A stretch of DNA of 64,000 bases from Candidatus Altiarchaeota archaeon (GTDB taxonomy: Archaea > Altiarchaeota > Altiarchaeia > IMC4 > SCGC-AAA252-I15), in NCBI GenBank assembly GCA_043800255.1, contig JAZDNF010000009.1, positions 60,813 to 124,812 of the forward strand. Reading direction: 5' to 3'. Position 1 is the first letter of the stretch. Each line of letters opens with the position of its first letter. Of this stretch, positions 37,147 through 46,349 are shown in pieces. Under the pieces are notes generated by a model. The model worked only from the letters and a program-made list of their open reading frames with translations, was not told the origin of the DNA and searched no databases. The position numbers were made by a program, and so were the translations under genes.

Positions 37147-38130
37147 TCAGTATCGCGCCTTCCCCTTAAGCGCTTCGACGTTCTCCGAGCCTGTCAGGAA
37201 CATCGCTATCCTGAATTCCTTTAACGTTTTCTGCACGTACTCCCTGACTCCTCCCTTCTTCTTCCTTTCCCATGCCTTCAGCAGCGGCAGTGCAATCCCA
37301 GCGCATGACGCTCCCATCGAAACAGCCTTGGCAATGTCTATCCCGGACCTCACGCCCCCGGAGGCGACTAATGGCATTCCAATGTCCTTCAGCTGGATTA
37401 TGCAATCCGCGGTCGGCATTCCCCAGCCTGCGAACGACATGCCGACGTCGTTCCCGCTCCGGTAGCTCTCGACCACGCTCCATGATGTGCCGCCTACGCC
37501 GCCAACGTCTATGGCCGATACTTTCAGTTTCTTGGCGTCGTCTAATGAGACGCCGCTGCCGACGCCCTTCACTATCAGGGGCACGTCCAGCTTCTTCGCA
37601 ATCTCGTTTATCTTCTTCGTCAGGCCTTCGAAGTTGGTGTCGCCCTCAGGCTGCACCGCCTCCTGCAGGGGGTTGACGTGCAACGCCAGCGCGTCGGCGC
37701 CTATCATCTCAACCGCTTTCCTGCACTCTTCCAGCCCGTAGCCGCAGTTCAGCTGCACTGCTCCGAGGTTTGCTATCAGGAAGGCACCGGGAGCGACATC
37801 CCTCACACGATAGGTGTCCGCGACCTTAGGGTCTTCCAGGGCCGCCCGCTGGCTTCCGACTCCGAAGCCTATCCCGAACTCCTGAGCAACCGCAGCCAAG
37901 TCCCTGTTTATCCTCTTTGACATTTTAGTGCCGCCGGTCAACGCCTCGATTATTAGGGGAAATCTGAGGCTCTTGCCCAGGAAACTGGCTTCCGTGCTTA
38001 TCTTGTCTAAGTCCAGTTCCGGAAGCTCCGTGTGCGGCAGGCTCACCTTCTCGAAGCCTGCGCTGCCTGCCTCAACGTCCCTGCTGAGGCATATCCTCAG
38101 GTGCTCTGTCTTCCGGTCTGTCGTAGCCAT
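37147..38130 (-). CDS. fni: Type 2 isopentenyl-diphosphate isomerase
   Basis: RKTEHL, ALTGG, GVGSQR, NLGAVQ, HVNPLQE, GGTSWS. Confidence 0.96.
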   Translation of the reverse strand: MATTDRKTEHLRICLSRDVEAGSAGFEKVSLPHTELPELDLDKISTEASFLGKSLRFPLIIEALTGGTKMSKRINRDLAAVAQEFGIGFGVGSQRAALEDPKVADTYRVRDVAPGAFLIANLGAVQLNCGYGLEECRKAVEMIGADALALHVNPLQEAVQPEGDTNFEGLTKKINEIAKKLDVPLIVKGVGSGVSLDDAKKLKVSAIDVGGVGGTSWSVVESYRSGNDVGMSFAGWGMPTADCIIQLKDIGMPLVASGGVRSGIDIAKAVSMGASCAGIALPLLKAWERKKKGGVREYVQKTLKEFRIAMFLTGSENVEALKGKARY

Positions 38131-38136
38131 TCGTTA

Positions 38137-39126
38137 CTAATAGTTCCTCTCTATTATATAATCAGCCACATCAAGGAGGTTGCTTTTCGCCTCAGAGTCC
38201 TTGAGAACCTTCAGCCTGCCTTTTGCGTCCTCTGTCATGCTCTTGACCATATTCTGGGCGTATTCTATCGCCCCGCTATCAGTTATCAGTTCTATCGCTT
38301 CCCTGACCGCCTGCTCGCTTTTGCTGCTTCTCTCCATGAGACCAATAAGCTGCTTTTTCTCTTTAGCTTTCAGGTTGTTCAGCGCATAGATGACTAGAAT
38401 GCTCTTCTTTTTCTTCCTGATGTCGCTTCCTATCGGTTTGCCGAGCTTCTTCTGGTCTGCGATGACGTCCAAGAGGTCGTCGTGCATCTGGAATGCGGTC
38501 CCTATAGAGTCTCCGAAGGATGATAGCGCATTTATCTCCTCTCTCGAGCCGCCTCCGAGTATGGAGCCTATCCTCAGCGACGCATTCAGCATCACCCCCG
38601 TCTTCTTCCGTATCATCTCCATATAGTCGTCGATGCCGATCCGGTCCATGTTCTCGAACATCATGTCAAGTATCTGGCCTTCATGTATTTCGGAGTTGGC
38701 CCAGTTGAGGACTCCAAGGGCGTCAAGCACCTTGCCGTCTGATATGCCATTCTCCCTCACATCGACGAGAGCCGCATAGGCTTTGGAGTAGAGCGTGTCC
38801 CCGACGATGATTGCCATGTCAACCCCCCATTTGGCGTGCACTGTCGGCTTGCCTCGCCTCTCAAGGTCCCTGTCGACTATGTCGTCATGGACCAATGTAA
38901 AAGTGTGCAGCAGCTCTATCGATGCAGCCGCAGGAAGCACCTTCATCACGTCTCCGCCGACGGCCTCGCATGCGAGCATCGTAAGCACAGGCCGTATCCT
39001 CTTGCCGCCAGCCCCGACCGTGTGCTGGAGCATCGTCTCTATCTTCTTGTTCTCGCTTCTCGTGTATTCGAGAAGCACCGGCTGCACCAGCTCCGCCTTC
39101 CTCCTGATGAAATCTCTGACGTCCAT
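38137..39126 (-). CDS. idsA: Geranylgeranyl diphosphate synthase
   Basis: GGKRIRP; FARM HTFTLVHDDIVD with Phe at -5; SARM FQMHDDLLD. Confidence 0.93.
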   Translation of the reverse strand: MDVRDFIRRKAELVQPVLLEYTRSENKKIETMLQHTVGAGGKRIRPVLTMLACEAVGGDVMKVLPAAASIELLHTFTLVHDDIVDRDLERRGKPTVHAKWGVDMAIIVGDTLYSKAYAALVDVRENGISDGKVLDALGVLNWANSEIHEGQILDMMFENMDRIGIDDYMEMIRKKTGVMLNASLRIGSILGGGSREEINALSSFGDSIGTAFQMHDDLLDVIADQKKLGKPIGSDIRKKKKSILVIYALNNLKAKEKKQLIGLMERSSKSEQAVREAIELITDSGAIEYAQNMVKSMTEDAKGRLKVLKDSEAKSNLLDVADYIIERNY

Positions 39127-39145
39127 TGTAAGTTATTGGTAGAAC

Positions 39146-39805
39146 TTAAAATAAACCCTCAAGGACGTGAACGTTGACGACCTCGAGGGTGTCGACGATC
39201 ATGTTCGGCTTCTCTTTTTTCAGATGCTCTCTCCTGTGGTTTCCTGTGGTCACTGCTATGACCTTCATCTTCGCCCTCCTGGCGGCCTGAACTCCGAATG
39301 GTGAGTCTTCAAGGACAACGCAGTCTTCTGGCTTTGCTCCTAACCTCTCGGCGGCCTTCAGGAAGATGTCCGGGTTGGGTTTGCCGTTCTCGACATCGTT
39401 GAATGTTGCTATCGCGTCAAAGTACTGCCAGAGGCCTGCGGCTTTCAGCACCAACTCTGTTGTGGACGTATTCGATGATGTGCCGACCGCGGTTTTGATG
39501 CCTTTCTCTCTCAGCTCCTTGAGGAGTTCGCGGACGCCGGGCAGCACTTTAACATCGTCGCCCAGCGTCTGTTCAACAATCCTTGAACGTTCCAGCGCCA
39601 GCTTCCTCGTGTCAGCCTTGATGTCCTTTTCCTCGAAGAACATGTCCATGATCTGGTCGCCTCTTAGCCCATAACCTTTCATCAGGTCTTCTGCCGTGAA
39701 GTTCAGGTTGAACTGCTCTTCTATGACTCTCTGGAACGCCTTCAGATGGGTTTCGAATATGTCAACGGTCGTCCCGTCCAGGTCGAATATCACAGCCTTC
39801 AGCAT
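39146..39805 (-). CDS. HAD-superfamily phosphatase (beta-PGM/CbbY-like)
   Basis: DLDGT, GKPNPDIF, EDSPFG. Confidence 0.9.
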   Translation of the reverse strand: MLKAVIFDLDGTTVDIFETHLKAFQRVIEEQFNLNFTAEDLMKGYGLRGDQIMDMFFEEKDIKADTRKLALERSRIVEQTLGDDVKVLPGVRELLKELREKGIKTAVGTSSNTSTTELVLKAAGLWQYFDAIATFNDVENGKPNPDIFLKAAERLGAKPEDCVVLEDSPFGVQAARRAKMKVIAVTTGNHRREHLKKEKPNMIVDTLEVVNVHVLEGLF

Positions 39806-39871
39806 AGTTCTAAAGTAATCAAAGTACAATATTAAATGCTGTTCCAATCGTCTAAAGTCTTGCTGAGATGC

Positions 39872-41920
39872 TCAGATGAACAGCGGCGCCAACACCAGCG
39901 TGAGGGTGCTGAGCAGTTTTATCAGTACGTGGATTGACGGCCCCGCGGTGTCCTTGAACGGGTCGCCTAGGGTGTCGCCTATGACAGCAGCCTTGTGCGC
40001 GTCGCTCCCCTTCCCGCCGTAAGTCCCCTCCTCGATGTACTTTTTTGCGTTGTCCCATGCGCCGCCGCCCGTGTTAAGCATCAAAGCCATCAGTATGCCC
40101 GTGATCGTGCTTGTCATCAGATAGGCTCCAACAGCTTCGGCATGCAGCAGTAGGCCGACGATTATTGTCAGGACAACCACGAATACGCCTGGCAAAACCA
40201 TCCCCTTCAACGCGGTTTTAGCGCAGATGTCGACGCATTTGGCATAGTCTGGCTTTGCTTTCCCTTCCATAAGCCCTTCAATCTCCCTGAACTGCCTTCT
40301 GACCTCGTTGACAACTTCAAACGCCGTGTTGCTGACCGCCCTTATCGCGAATGATGCGAACAGGAACACCAGCATCGCCCCGAACATGCCGCCGACGAAC
40401 ACAGGAACCTTTGACAGGTCTATTACCGGAACGCTTCCGGTGTACTTCGCAACCTCGTCCAGATACGCTGAGAACAGTAGGAACGCTGCCAGAGCTGCTG
40501 AGCCTATCGCATACCCTTTTGTCAGAGCCTTTGTCGTGTTCCCGACAGCATCCAACCTGTCGGTTATCTTTCTGAATTTGTCAGCCTGCCCTGACATCTG
40601 GTTTATGCCGCCCGCGTTGTCTGTGATCGGGCCGAAACTGTCCATAGCCAGTATGAAAGCGCACGTGCTCAGCATGCCCATGGTGGCGATCGCCGTCCCG
40701 TACAGGCCGCCGTTGGATATTCCAGACCACATTCCAAAATCGTAGGCCAGTAGTAATGCTATGCCCAAAACGATTATGGGCAGAGCTGTTGTCTCCAGCG
40801 CGACGGCGAAGCCTGCGATTATGTTTGTGGCGCTGCCTGTCAGAGACGCCTTCGCTATTGACTTTACAGGAGCGTAAGACTGCTCGGTGTAGTAGACCGT
40901 TATCCAGACTATCAGGATTGACGTGATTATTCCCAGCAGCCCGGACATGAAAAACCAGAACCAGTAATCCTTCAACATTACGTACGTTGTGATCGCAAAG
41001 AGCACCGCAGCCAATGCCGCGGTTACGTAGTAGCCCCTGTTCAGCGAAGTCATCGGGTCCTCGTCTTTTTTGTTGTACACCGAGAGTATTCCGATTATGC
41101 TGGCTACCAGCCCGGACGCCCTTGCCACCAGCGGGAACAGGATTCCAGCGATTCCGAAAATCGGGTACAATGCCACGCCCAGGATCATGGCGCCTATGTT
41201 CTCAGCAGCCGTTGACTCGAAGAGGTCTGCGCCTCTGCCGGCGCAGTCTCCGACGTTGTCGCCGACGAGGTCGGCTATGACAGCGGGATTTCTCGGGTCG
41301 TCTTCTGGTATGCCCTGCTCGACTTTTCCGACGAGGTCGGCGCCGACATCAGCCCCTTTGGTGTAGATTCCGCCGCCGAGCTGCGCGAACAAGGCGACGA
41401 ATGACGCCCCGAAGCCGAACCCGACAATCATGAACGGGACCTCTGTGATCGGCAGAGTCAGCGAATAGAGATGGTAGATTATGCTGACGCCAAACAGTGA
41501 CATCGCCACTATTATTATCCCGGAAACTGCCCCGCCCCTCAATGCTATCTTCAGCGCCTCGTCCAGGCTTCTTCTGGATGCTGCCGCAACTCGTATGTTC
41601 GCCCTGACCGATATCCACATGCCGATGATTCCCGCCAGTCCGGAGCAGAACGCACCGAAGAGGAATGCAATCGCCGTCTTAAAACCGAAATCAGACTTTC
41701 CGATAAAAGCGTATACCGCAATGATTAGGATTCCGACAACCAGCGACATTACCGCTATTGTGGTGTACTGTCTCCTGACAAACGCGTTCGCGCCATCCTT
41801 GATGGCATTAGAGATATCCTGCATCTCCTTGGTTCCGGAGTCCTTTTGGAGAACATGGTAAGCCAGATATCCTGCGAACAAAAAGGAAAGGATGCTTATC
41901 CCAAAGACCAGTTCTAACAA
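39872..41920 (-). CDS. hppA: Membrane H+-translocating pyrophosphatase, probably K+-independent
   Basis: GGGIYTKGADVGADLVGKVE, DNVGD; GNTTKALTKG (Lys variant linked to K+ independence); TTG start with GGTGA RBS. Confidence 0.95.
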   Translation of the reverse strand: MLELVFGISILSFLFAGYLAYHVLQKDSGTKEMQDISNAIKDGANAFVRRQYTTIAVMSLVVGILIIAVYAFIGKSDFGFKTAIAFLFGAFCSGLAGIIGMWISVRANIRVAAASRRSLDEALKIALRGGAVSGIIIVAMSLFGVSIIYHLYSLTLPITEVPFMIVGFGFGASFVALFAQLGGGIYTKGADVGADLVGKVEQGIPEDDPRNPAVIADLVGDNVGDCAGRGADLFESTAAENIGAMILGVALYPIFGIAGILFPLVARASGLVASIIGILSVYNKKDEDPMTSLNRGYYVTAALAAVLFAITTYVMLKDYWFWFFMSGLLGIITSILIVWITVYYTEQSYAPVKSIAKASLTGSATNIIAGFAVALETTALPIIVLGIALLLAYDFGMWSGISNGGLYGTAIATMGMLSTCAFILAMDSFGPITDNAGGINQMSGQADKFRKITDRLDAVGNTTKALTKGYAIGSAALAAFLLFSAYLDEVAKYTGSVPVIDLSKVPVFVGGMFGAMLVFLFASFAIRAVSNTAFEVVNEVRRQFREIEGLMEGKAKPDYAKCVDICAKTALKGMVLPGVFVVVLTIIVGLLLHAEAVGAYLMTSTITGILMALMLNTGGGAWDNAKKYIEEGTYGGKGSDAHKAAVIGDTLGDPFKDTAGPSIHVLIKLLSTLTLVLAPLFI

Positions 41921-41949
41921 AGTATCACCCCACGACAGCCATGTTCTAT

Positions 41950-41968
41950 TATGACATAGTATGACATA
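41950..41968. promoter_or_regulatory. Tandem TATGACATA x2 (10-bp period) between the TATA-like box and the start of hppA; candidate operator
   Basis: Two exact 9-mers at 41950 and 41960, each a near-palindrome; TTTAAATA on the minus strand near 41983-41990. Confidence 0.45.
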
Positions 41969-42022
41969 ACATATTGTAATGATATTTAAAAATCACGTTC
42001 AGGGAAACTATTCTGGAAAAGA

Positions 42023-43984
42023 TCAGCCCTTTATGCCGAACGATTCTCTGACGTATCTGTCCATCGCCTGCGTGGCAGTCTCATCGGCGTCGGTTGAACT
42101 GGTTATCCTGTCCTTCAGCCCGCTGATGACGTTCGTGAGCTTCTTGTACCCTTTCTCAGCTCTCTCCTTCAGGTTCACGTCGGTTATCGTCCTGAGTTCA
42201 GCTCCTACTGGCCCGGCCTTCAACGCTGCCCTTAGTATGAGCTGCGTCTTTGTCGTAGGCGTCTTAAGCGCATCCCTTAGCTCTGTGACGTCCTCACCGA
42301 GGGCTTCAAGCCCGTCGGCGACATCCGGGAGAACCTTTGCTAGCTGCTCTATGAACCCTCTCTGCTCGTCAGGCCTCAGCTGCCCGAAGTAGTCTGCCAT
42401 CAGCTCCTGCCCCCTTCGCACCTCATCTCTGGTCTTCTCACTCTCTTCTCTCACAACCTCTCTTGTCCTCTCGCCTTCACCTTTACCAACCTGCTCGACA
42501 GTCCGTCTGGTCTTCTCGCTCTCCAGGGTTATCTGATTGCTTATCTGGTAGAGCTTTTGAAGCAGTTCTGATGTGCCGCCTTCTGAGACCGATTCAAGCT
42601 TTGATTTGGCGTCCTTCCACATCTGCACGAACCGGCTGGAGTCTTCTAGCACGTAGGACAGGTTCGTGGCCTGCTCGGAGGTTATCTTGAGCGCGCTCCT
42701 GAACAGCTTCGAGTAGGAGTACCCTTTGACACCCTCCGGAGCGTCCGGCATTTCAGCGAGCGATCTCTTCAGTTTTACCGTGAGCGCTATCTCATTAGCC
42801 CTTGAGGATATGAACCTCTCCTTCACCTCGTCGACTTCAGCGTTCCGGCCTGATTTCTTCATCTCAACGATGTCAGGGTCTACGGAGACTATGCCATCCA
42901 CCGCATCTCGGATGTCATCCTGCCGGACATCATAGCGTAGGGATATTTCCTTTACCATGTCGCCGTAGGGTCTGTCCAGCTTCGCCCCGAAGTACTGGGG
43001 TTCAACGTGTATGCCGAATCTGGTCTTCCCTAATCTTCCAACCGCTGCCGGCCTCTCAGTTATCCTGTGAAGCGACTCGACCTCGCCGTTCTTCAGCCTG
43101 AAGCCGTACTTTGCCGTTCTGCCCTCCTCAGTCACCTCGTGTATTTCCAGGTCGTCCCTCCCTTTTATCGGCATGCTCCCCCTCAGCTTCGACAGACCAT
43201 TCTTTCTCATCAGCCTAAGCCATGCGGCGTCTGACTGGCTGACCTCGCCGCCGACTTCCATCCTCCTGTAGTAGTTGTCTTCGGGGGAGACGATGAACAG
43301 GTAGGCGTCGAATGCTGAGCGTATCTTTCCCCCATCCTCGGCCCAGTTCTCTGAGATGCCGGTCACCTCCCCTTCGCTGTTGAATTTCAGGGCGACCGCT
43401 ACGTTGCCGGACTTGAAGGGTATCTCCTTCCTGTTGGGAGTGGTCTCGCTCACCGGGAGGTGAGCCAGCAGGTAGCATCCTTGGTCAGTGTTGATCGGAT
43501 TCTTGGTGACGTCGGGGTTTATCCTGATGAATCTGAAAGTGTTGATGTCTCCCAGACTGTTGGCGAATCCGTGGGCTGTCAGCTGGGCGAGAGCTTTCTC
43601 AACGCGGGGGTTTATGAAGTCCGGATTGGTGAGAGCCTGATACAGTTCGAGGTTCGAGGTCGCGCTGCCTTGGGGGTAAAGCGACCGGGGGTGGTTTCTC
43701 ACTCCCATCATCTTCTGGTCCTTCAGCAGAGCCTCCTCTTCTGAAATCGGGGCGAGAGTTGCCTTGTCTGCTTGCAGGACTCCTAGTTCTTTTGTCCTGA
43801 TGTTAGGGTCCTGCGAGAGGTAGTGTTTGAGCCTGTCAGTCGGCATGCGCGGTGATAGAAGTTCCCCGATCGGCTTCTCTGTTATCTCTCTCAGCAGGCT
43901 GGTCAGCTTTCCGACTTCCTCGGCCTGCTCTTCTTTTGGGAGGTCCTTTATTCTGGCGTTCCTGTCAACAGTCCTCTCGGCCAT
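42023..43984 (-). CDS. Orphan 653-aa protein with a coiled-coil C-terminus
   Basis: Long ORF filling the gap; 11-residue E(S/G)E(K/R)TR repeats. Confidence 0.7.
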   Translation of the reverse strand: MAERTVDRNARIKDLPKEEQAEEVGKLTSLLREITEKPIGELLSPRMPTDRLKHYLSQDPNIRTKELGVLQADKATLAPISEEEALLKDQKMMGVRNHPRSLYPQGSATSNLELYQALTNPDFINPRVEKALAQLTAHGFANSLGDINTFRFIRINPDVTKNPINTDQGCYLLAHLPVSETTPNRKEIPFKSGNVAVALKFNSEGEVTGISENWAEDGGKIRSAFDAYLFIVSPEDNYYRRMEVGGEVSQSDAAWLRLMRKNGLSKLRGSMPIKGRDDLEIHEVTEEGRTAKYGFRLKNGEVESLHRITERPAAVGRLGKTRFGIHVEPQYFGAKLDRPYGDMVKEISLRYDVRQDDIRDAVDGIVSVDPDIVEMKKSGRNAEVDEVKERFISSRANEIALTVKLKRSLAEMPDAPEGVKGYSYSKLFRSALKITSEQATNLSYVLEDSSRFVQMWKDAKSKLESVSEGGTSELLQKLYQISNQITLESEKTRRTVEQVGKGEGERTREVVREESEKTRDEVRRGQELMADYFGQLRPDEQRGFIEQLAKVLPDVADGLEALGEDVTELRDALKTPTTKTQLILRAALKAGPVGAELRTITDVNLKERAEKGYKKLTNVISGLKDRITSSTDADETATQAMDRYVRESFGIKG

Positions 43985-44072
43985 TGTACAATGTATATAC
44001 TAGTCTTTAGAAGATAAAAACCATTCATAAACCCATAGTAACATATGATAAATTGTCCTACTGACACATAAG

Positions 44073-44402
44073 ATGGATGCCAATAACCTTGAGATTATTC
44101 CAGAGGCCATAACCGTGCTAATCGTTGGCAGCGGCCTGCTCTCGAGCATGTACGTGCTCAGGAGGCTTATGGATTTCGAAGACTCAAAGGAGCAGATCAG
44201 GTTTTTTCTTCCCGTGATCTTAGGCATGATCTTGTTCCTGCTGGAGACGGTGGGAAATGCTGCCCACACGTTAGACTCAAACATCCTCGGCAGCTACGCC
44301 AAACTCTGGGAGGACGTTTTCCTGCTGGGAGAGGCTGTCTGCTTCGGGGCGTTCCTTTTCCAGATGAAAAAGGCCTTGATGCCGGCGCATCCTGGCGGCT
44401 AG
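44073..44402 (+). CDS. Small membrane protein (about 3 TM)
   Basis: Three hydrophobic segments; fills the gap before the GHMP kinase gene. Confidence 0.6.
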   Translation: MDANNLEIIPEAITVLIVGSGLLSSMYVLRRLMDFEDSKEQIRFFLPVILGMILFLLETVGNAAHTLDSNILGSYAKLWEDVFLLGEAVCFGAFLFQMKKALMPAHPGG

Positions 44403-44441
44403 CGGATTTAAATCGTCTGCCTTTTAATATTCTCTCACATT

Positions 44442-45380
44442 ATGGGCTACAGGAAGGTTAAGTCTGTCGCATATCCGGGGCTGCCGGTCATTTTCGCCGA
44501 AGGCTACAGGAAGACCAAGGGCAGGGTATCATATCATGACTCTGTCGGATTGTGCATTACAGACCTGAAGAGGCAGGTCAGGACTGAGACTGTCGTTGAG
44601 GGCGCTGACGATGGCGTGAGCTTCACTGTGGACGGTGAGGAACTTTCAGGCAACAGGGGCAGGGGCATGCTCAAAATCATCGAAATCATGCTCGAGAAGT
44701 CAGACTACAGAGGAGGGCTCAACGTAGAGTCCAAAAATCATGGGATACTGACAGGCAGCTCTGACTCGGGAGCTGCTGCACTTCTGACAGCCTTGGACTC
44801 TTTCCTAGGCCTCAATCTCCCGGATGATGAGCTCCTCGTCATCGGGCTCTGCGGCAGCGAGACCGTCTTCAGGAGCCTCTATGGGGGGCTCACAGAGTAC
44901 CGCGTTGGAGGGAGCAAGCCTGAGGCTGAGGTGCTGTCTGAAAGGCTTGGCGTTTCTATTTTCGCAGTCCCGTTCGATGTCGAACGCTATCCTGCGGATA
45001 AACTCCACAGGAGCGTGGTATCACATCCAGAGTATCCTAGGAGGGAGTCGTCAGTGAGGGAGAGGATAGACACGCTTAAGGCTTACGTTCGAAAAGGCAA
45101 CGTCGTCGGAGTCTTACAGTTGATGGAAGACGACGCGAGAGACTGCCACAGGATGTTCACCGAGACAGGCCATGAGGTGATAAAGCCAGAAATGCAGGAG
45201 CTCTGCGACCACGTTGAAAGCCTGAGGAAGAAGGGCCTGAACTCCTACTGGAACGTCTCGGGCGGCAGCGTCGTGTACGTCTTCTGCCCTGCTGATGAGG
45301 GTGAGAAGGTCGCTGGAGAGTTAGGCGGCAGGTGGAAGTGCGCCCAATACAAAACTGCTGTAGCGTCTAGGATTATTTAA
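44442..45380 (+). CDS. Mevalonate 3-kinase-like GHMP protein (MVD superfamily, no decarboxylase Asp)
   Basis: AYP, NHGILTGSSDSGAA, SETVFRSLYGGLT, ERYPADKLH, VSGGSVVYV. These parallel T. acidophilum Ta1305 motifs as I recall them. Confidence 0.75.
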   Translation: MGYRKVKSVAYPGLPVIFAEGYRKTKGRVSYHDSVGLCITDLKRQVRTETVVEGADDGVSFTVDGEELSGNRGRGMLKIIEIMLEKSDYRGGLNVESKNHGILTGSSDSGAAALLTALDSFLGLNLPDDELLVIGLCGSETVFRSLYGGLTEYRVGGSKPEAEVLSERLGVSIFAVPFDVERYPADKLHRSVVSHPEYPRRESSVRERIDTLKAYVRKGNVVGVLQLMEDDARDCHRMFTETGHEVIKPEMQELCDHVESLRKKGLNSYWNVSGGSVVYVFCPADEGEKVAGELGGRWKCAQYKTAVASRII

Positions 45381-45413
45381 TATCCCTGATCTAATCTCTA
45401 AAATCGGTGGTTT

Positions 45414-46349
45414 ATGATGGCTGAAGGCTACGGTTACGGGAAGACGATACTTTTCGGGGAGCATTTTGTCGTGTACGGTCTGCCTGCCATCGCCTCGGCG
45501 TTGGGCAGCAGGACCATTGCAACAGTCGAGAATTCGAAAAAGTACGAGCTGGTTGACAACAGGCCTGCGACGCCAGGCTACAAGAAGGAGAAGTACGACG
45601 AGCAGGTCGTGTCCAACGAGAACATCTTCAGATCATGTGGAGTCGACGTTCAGAGGACTCCAATCAGGATCACCCTAGGGGGCGACCTGACCGCAGCCTC
45701 CGGCGTTGGAGCTTCCGCAGCCTCTGCTGCCGCAATCGCGCGGGCGCTAAATGGGCACTTCAGTCTGGGGTTTAATGATGAGAATATCAATCAGATTGCT
45801 TATGAAGGCGAGAAGGGCTATCATGGTAAGCCGTCAGGCATAGATAACACTGCCGCAGTCTACGGGGGGCTCATCTGGTTCGTCAAAAATCTGGAGGGCG
45901 GCTCGAACACCATGGAAAGATTGGGTATGAAGGAGCCCTGCGAAATCGTCCTCGGCAACACTGGCCTAACCTCCAGCACCAAAAAAGTCGTCGCCGACGT
46001 CAAGGCCGACAAGGAGGCTGCGCCTGAAAAGTACAGGAGGATATTCGCAGACTACAGTGACATTGTGAGCTCCGCGAGGAAGGCTCTAACGTCAGGCAAA
46101 CTGGATAGGGTCGGCGAACTCATGAGCCAGAATCACAAGCTGCTTCAGGAGATTACAGTATCCTGCGAGGAGCTTGACCTCCTAGTGGAGACTGCGCTTA
46201 AGGCTGGAGCCTTCGGAGCGAAGCTTACTGGCACGGGCCGCGGCGGGCTGATGCAGGCTCTGACGCCCGGCAGGAAGCTGCAGGAGAAGGTTGCGAATGC
46301 TATCGAGGCGAAAGGATTCGCAACGTTCAGAACCAAGATTGGAGTCTAA
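45414..46349 (+). CDS. mvk: Mevalonate kinase
   Basis: GKTILFGEHFVVYG, SGVGASAA, HGKPSGIDN, GAKLTGTGRGG. Confidence 0.93.
   Translation: MMAEGYGYGKTILFGEHFVVYGLPAIASALGSRTIATVENSKKYELVDNRPATPGYKKEKYDEQVVSNENIFRSCGVDVQRTPIRITLGGDLTAASGVGASAASAAAIARALNGHFSLGFNDENINQIAYEGEKGYHGKPSGIDNTAAVYGGLIWFVKNLEGGSNTMERLGMKEPCEIVLGNTGLTSSTKKVVADVKADKEAAPEKYRRIFADYSDIVSSARKALTSGKLDRVGELMSQNHKLLQEITVSCEELDLLVETALKAGAFGAKLTGTGRGGLMQALTPGRKLQEKVANAIEAKGFATFRTKIGV

Noticed and set aside
39852-40058. Small ORF overlapping the hppA 3' end
   Set aside because: Alternative frame of hppA with no independent signals
43985-44020. Shared CTAGTA hexamer upstream of three orphan genes (16741, 43984, 47601)
   Set aside because: Short, AT-rich context and inconsistent spacing to the ATG (26, 13 and 13 nt); not distinguishable from chance by eye
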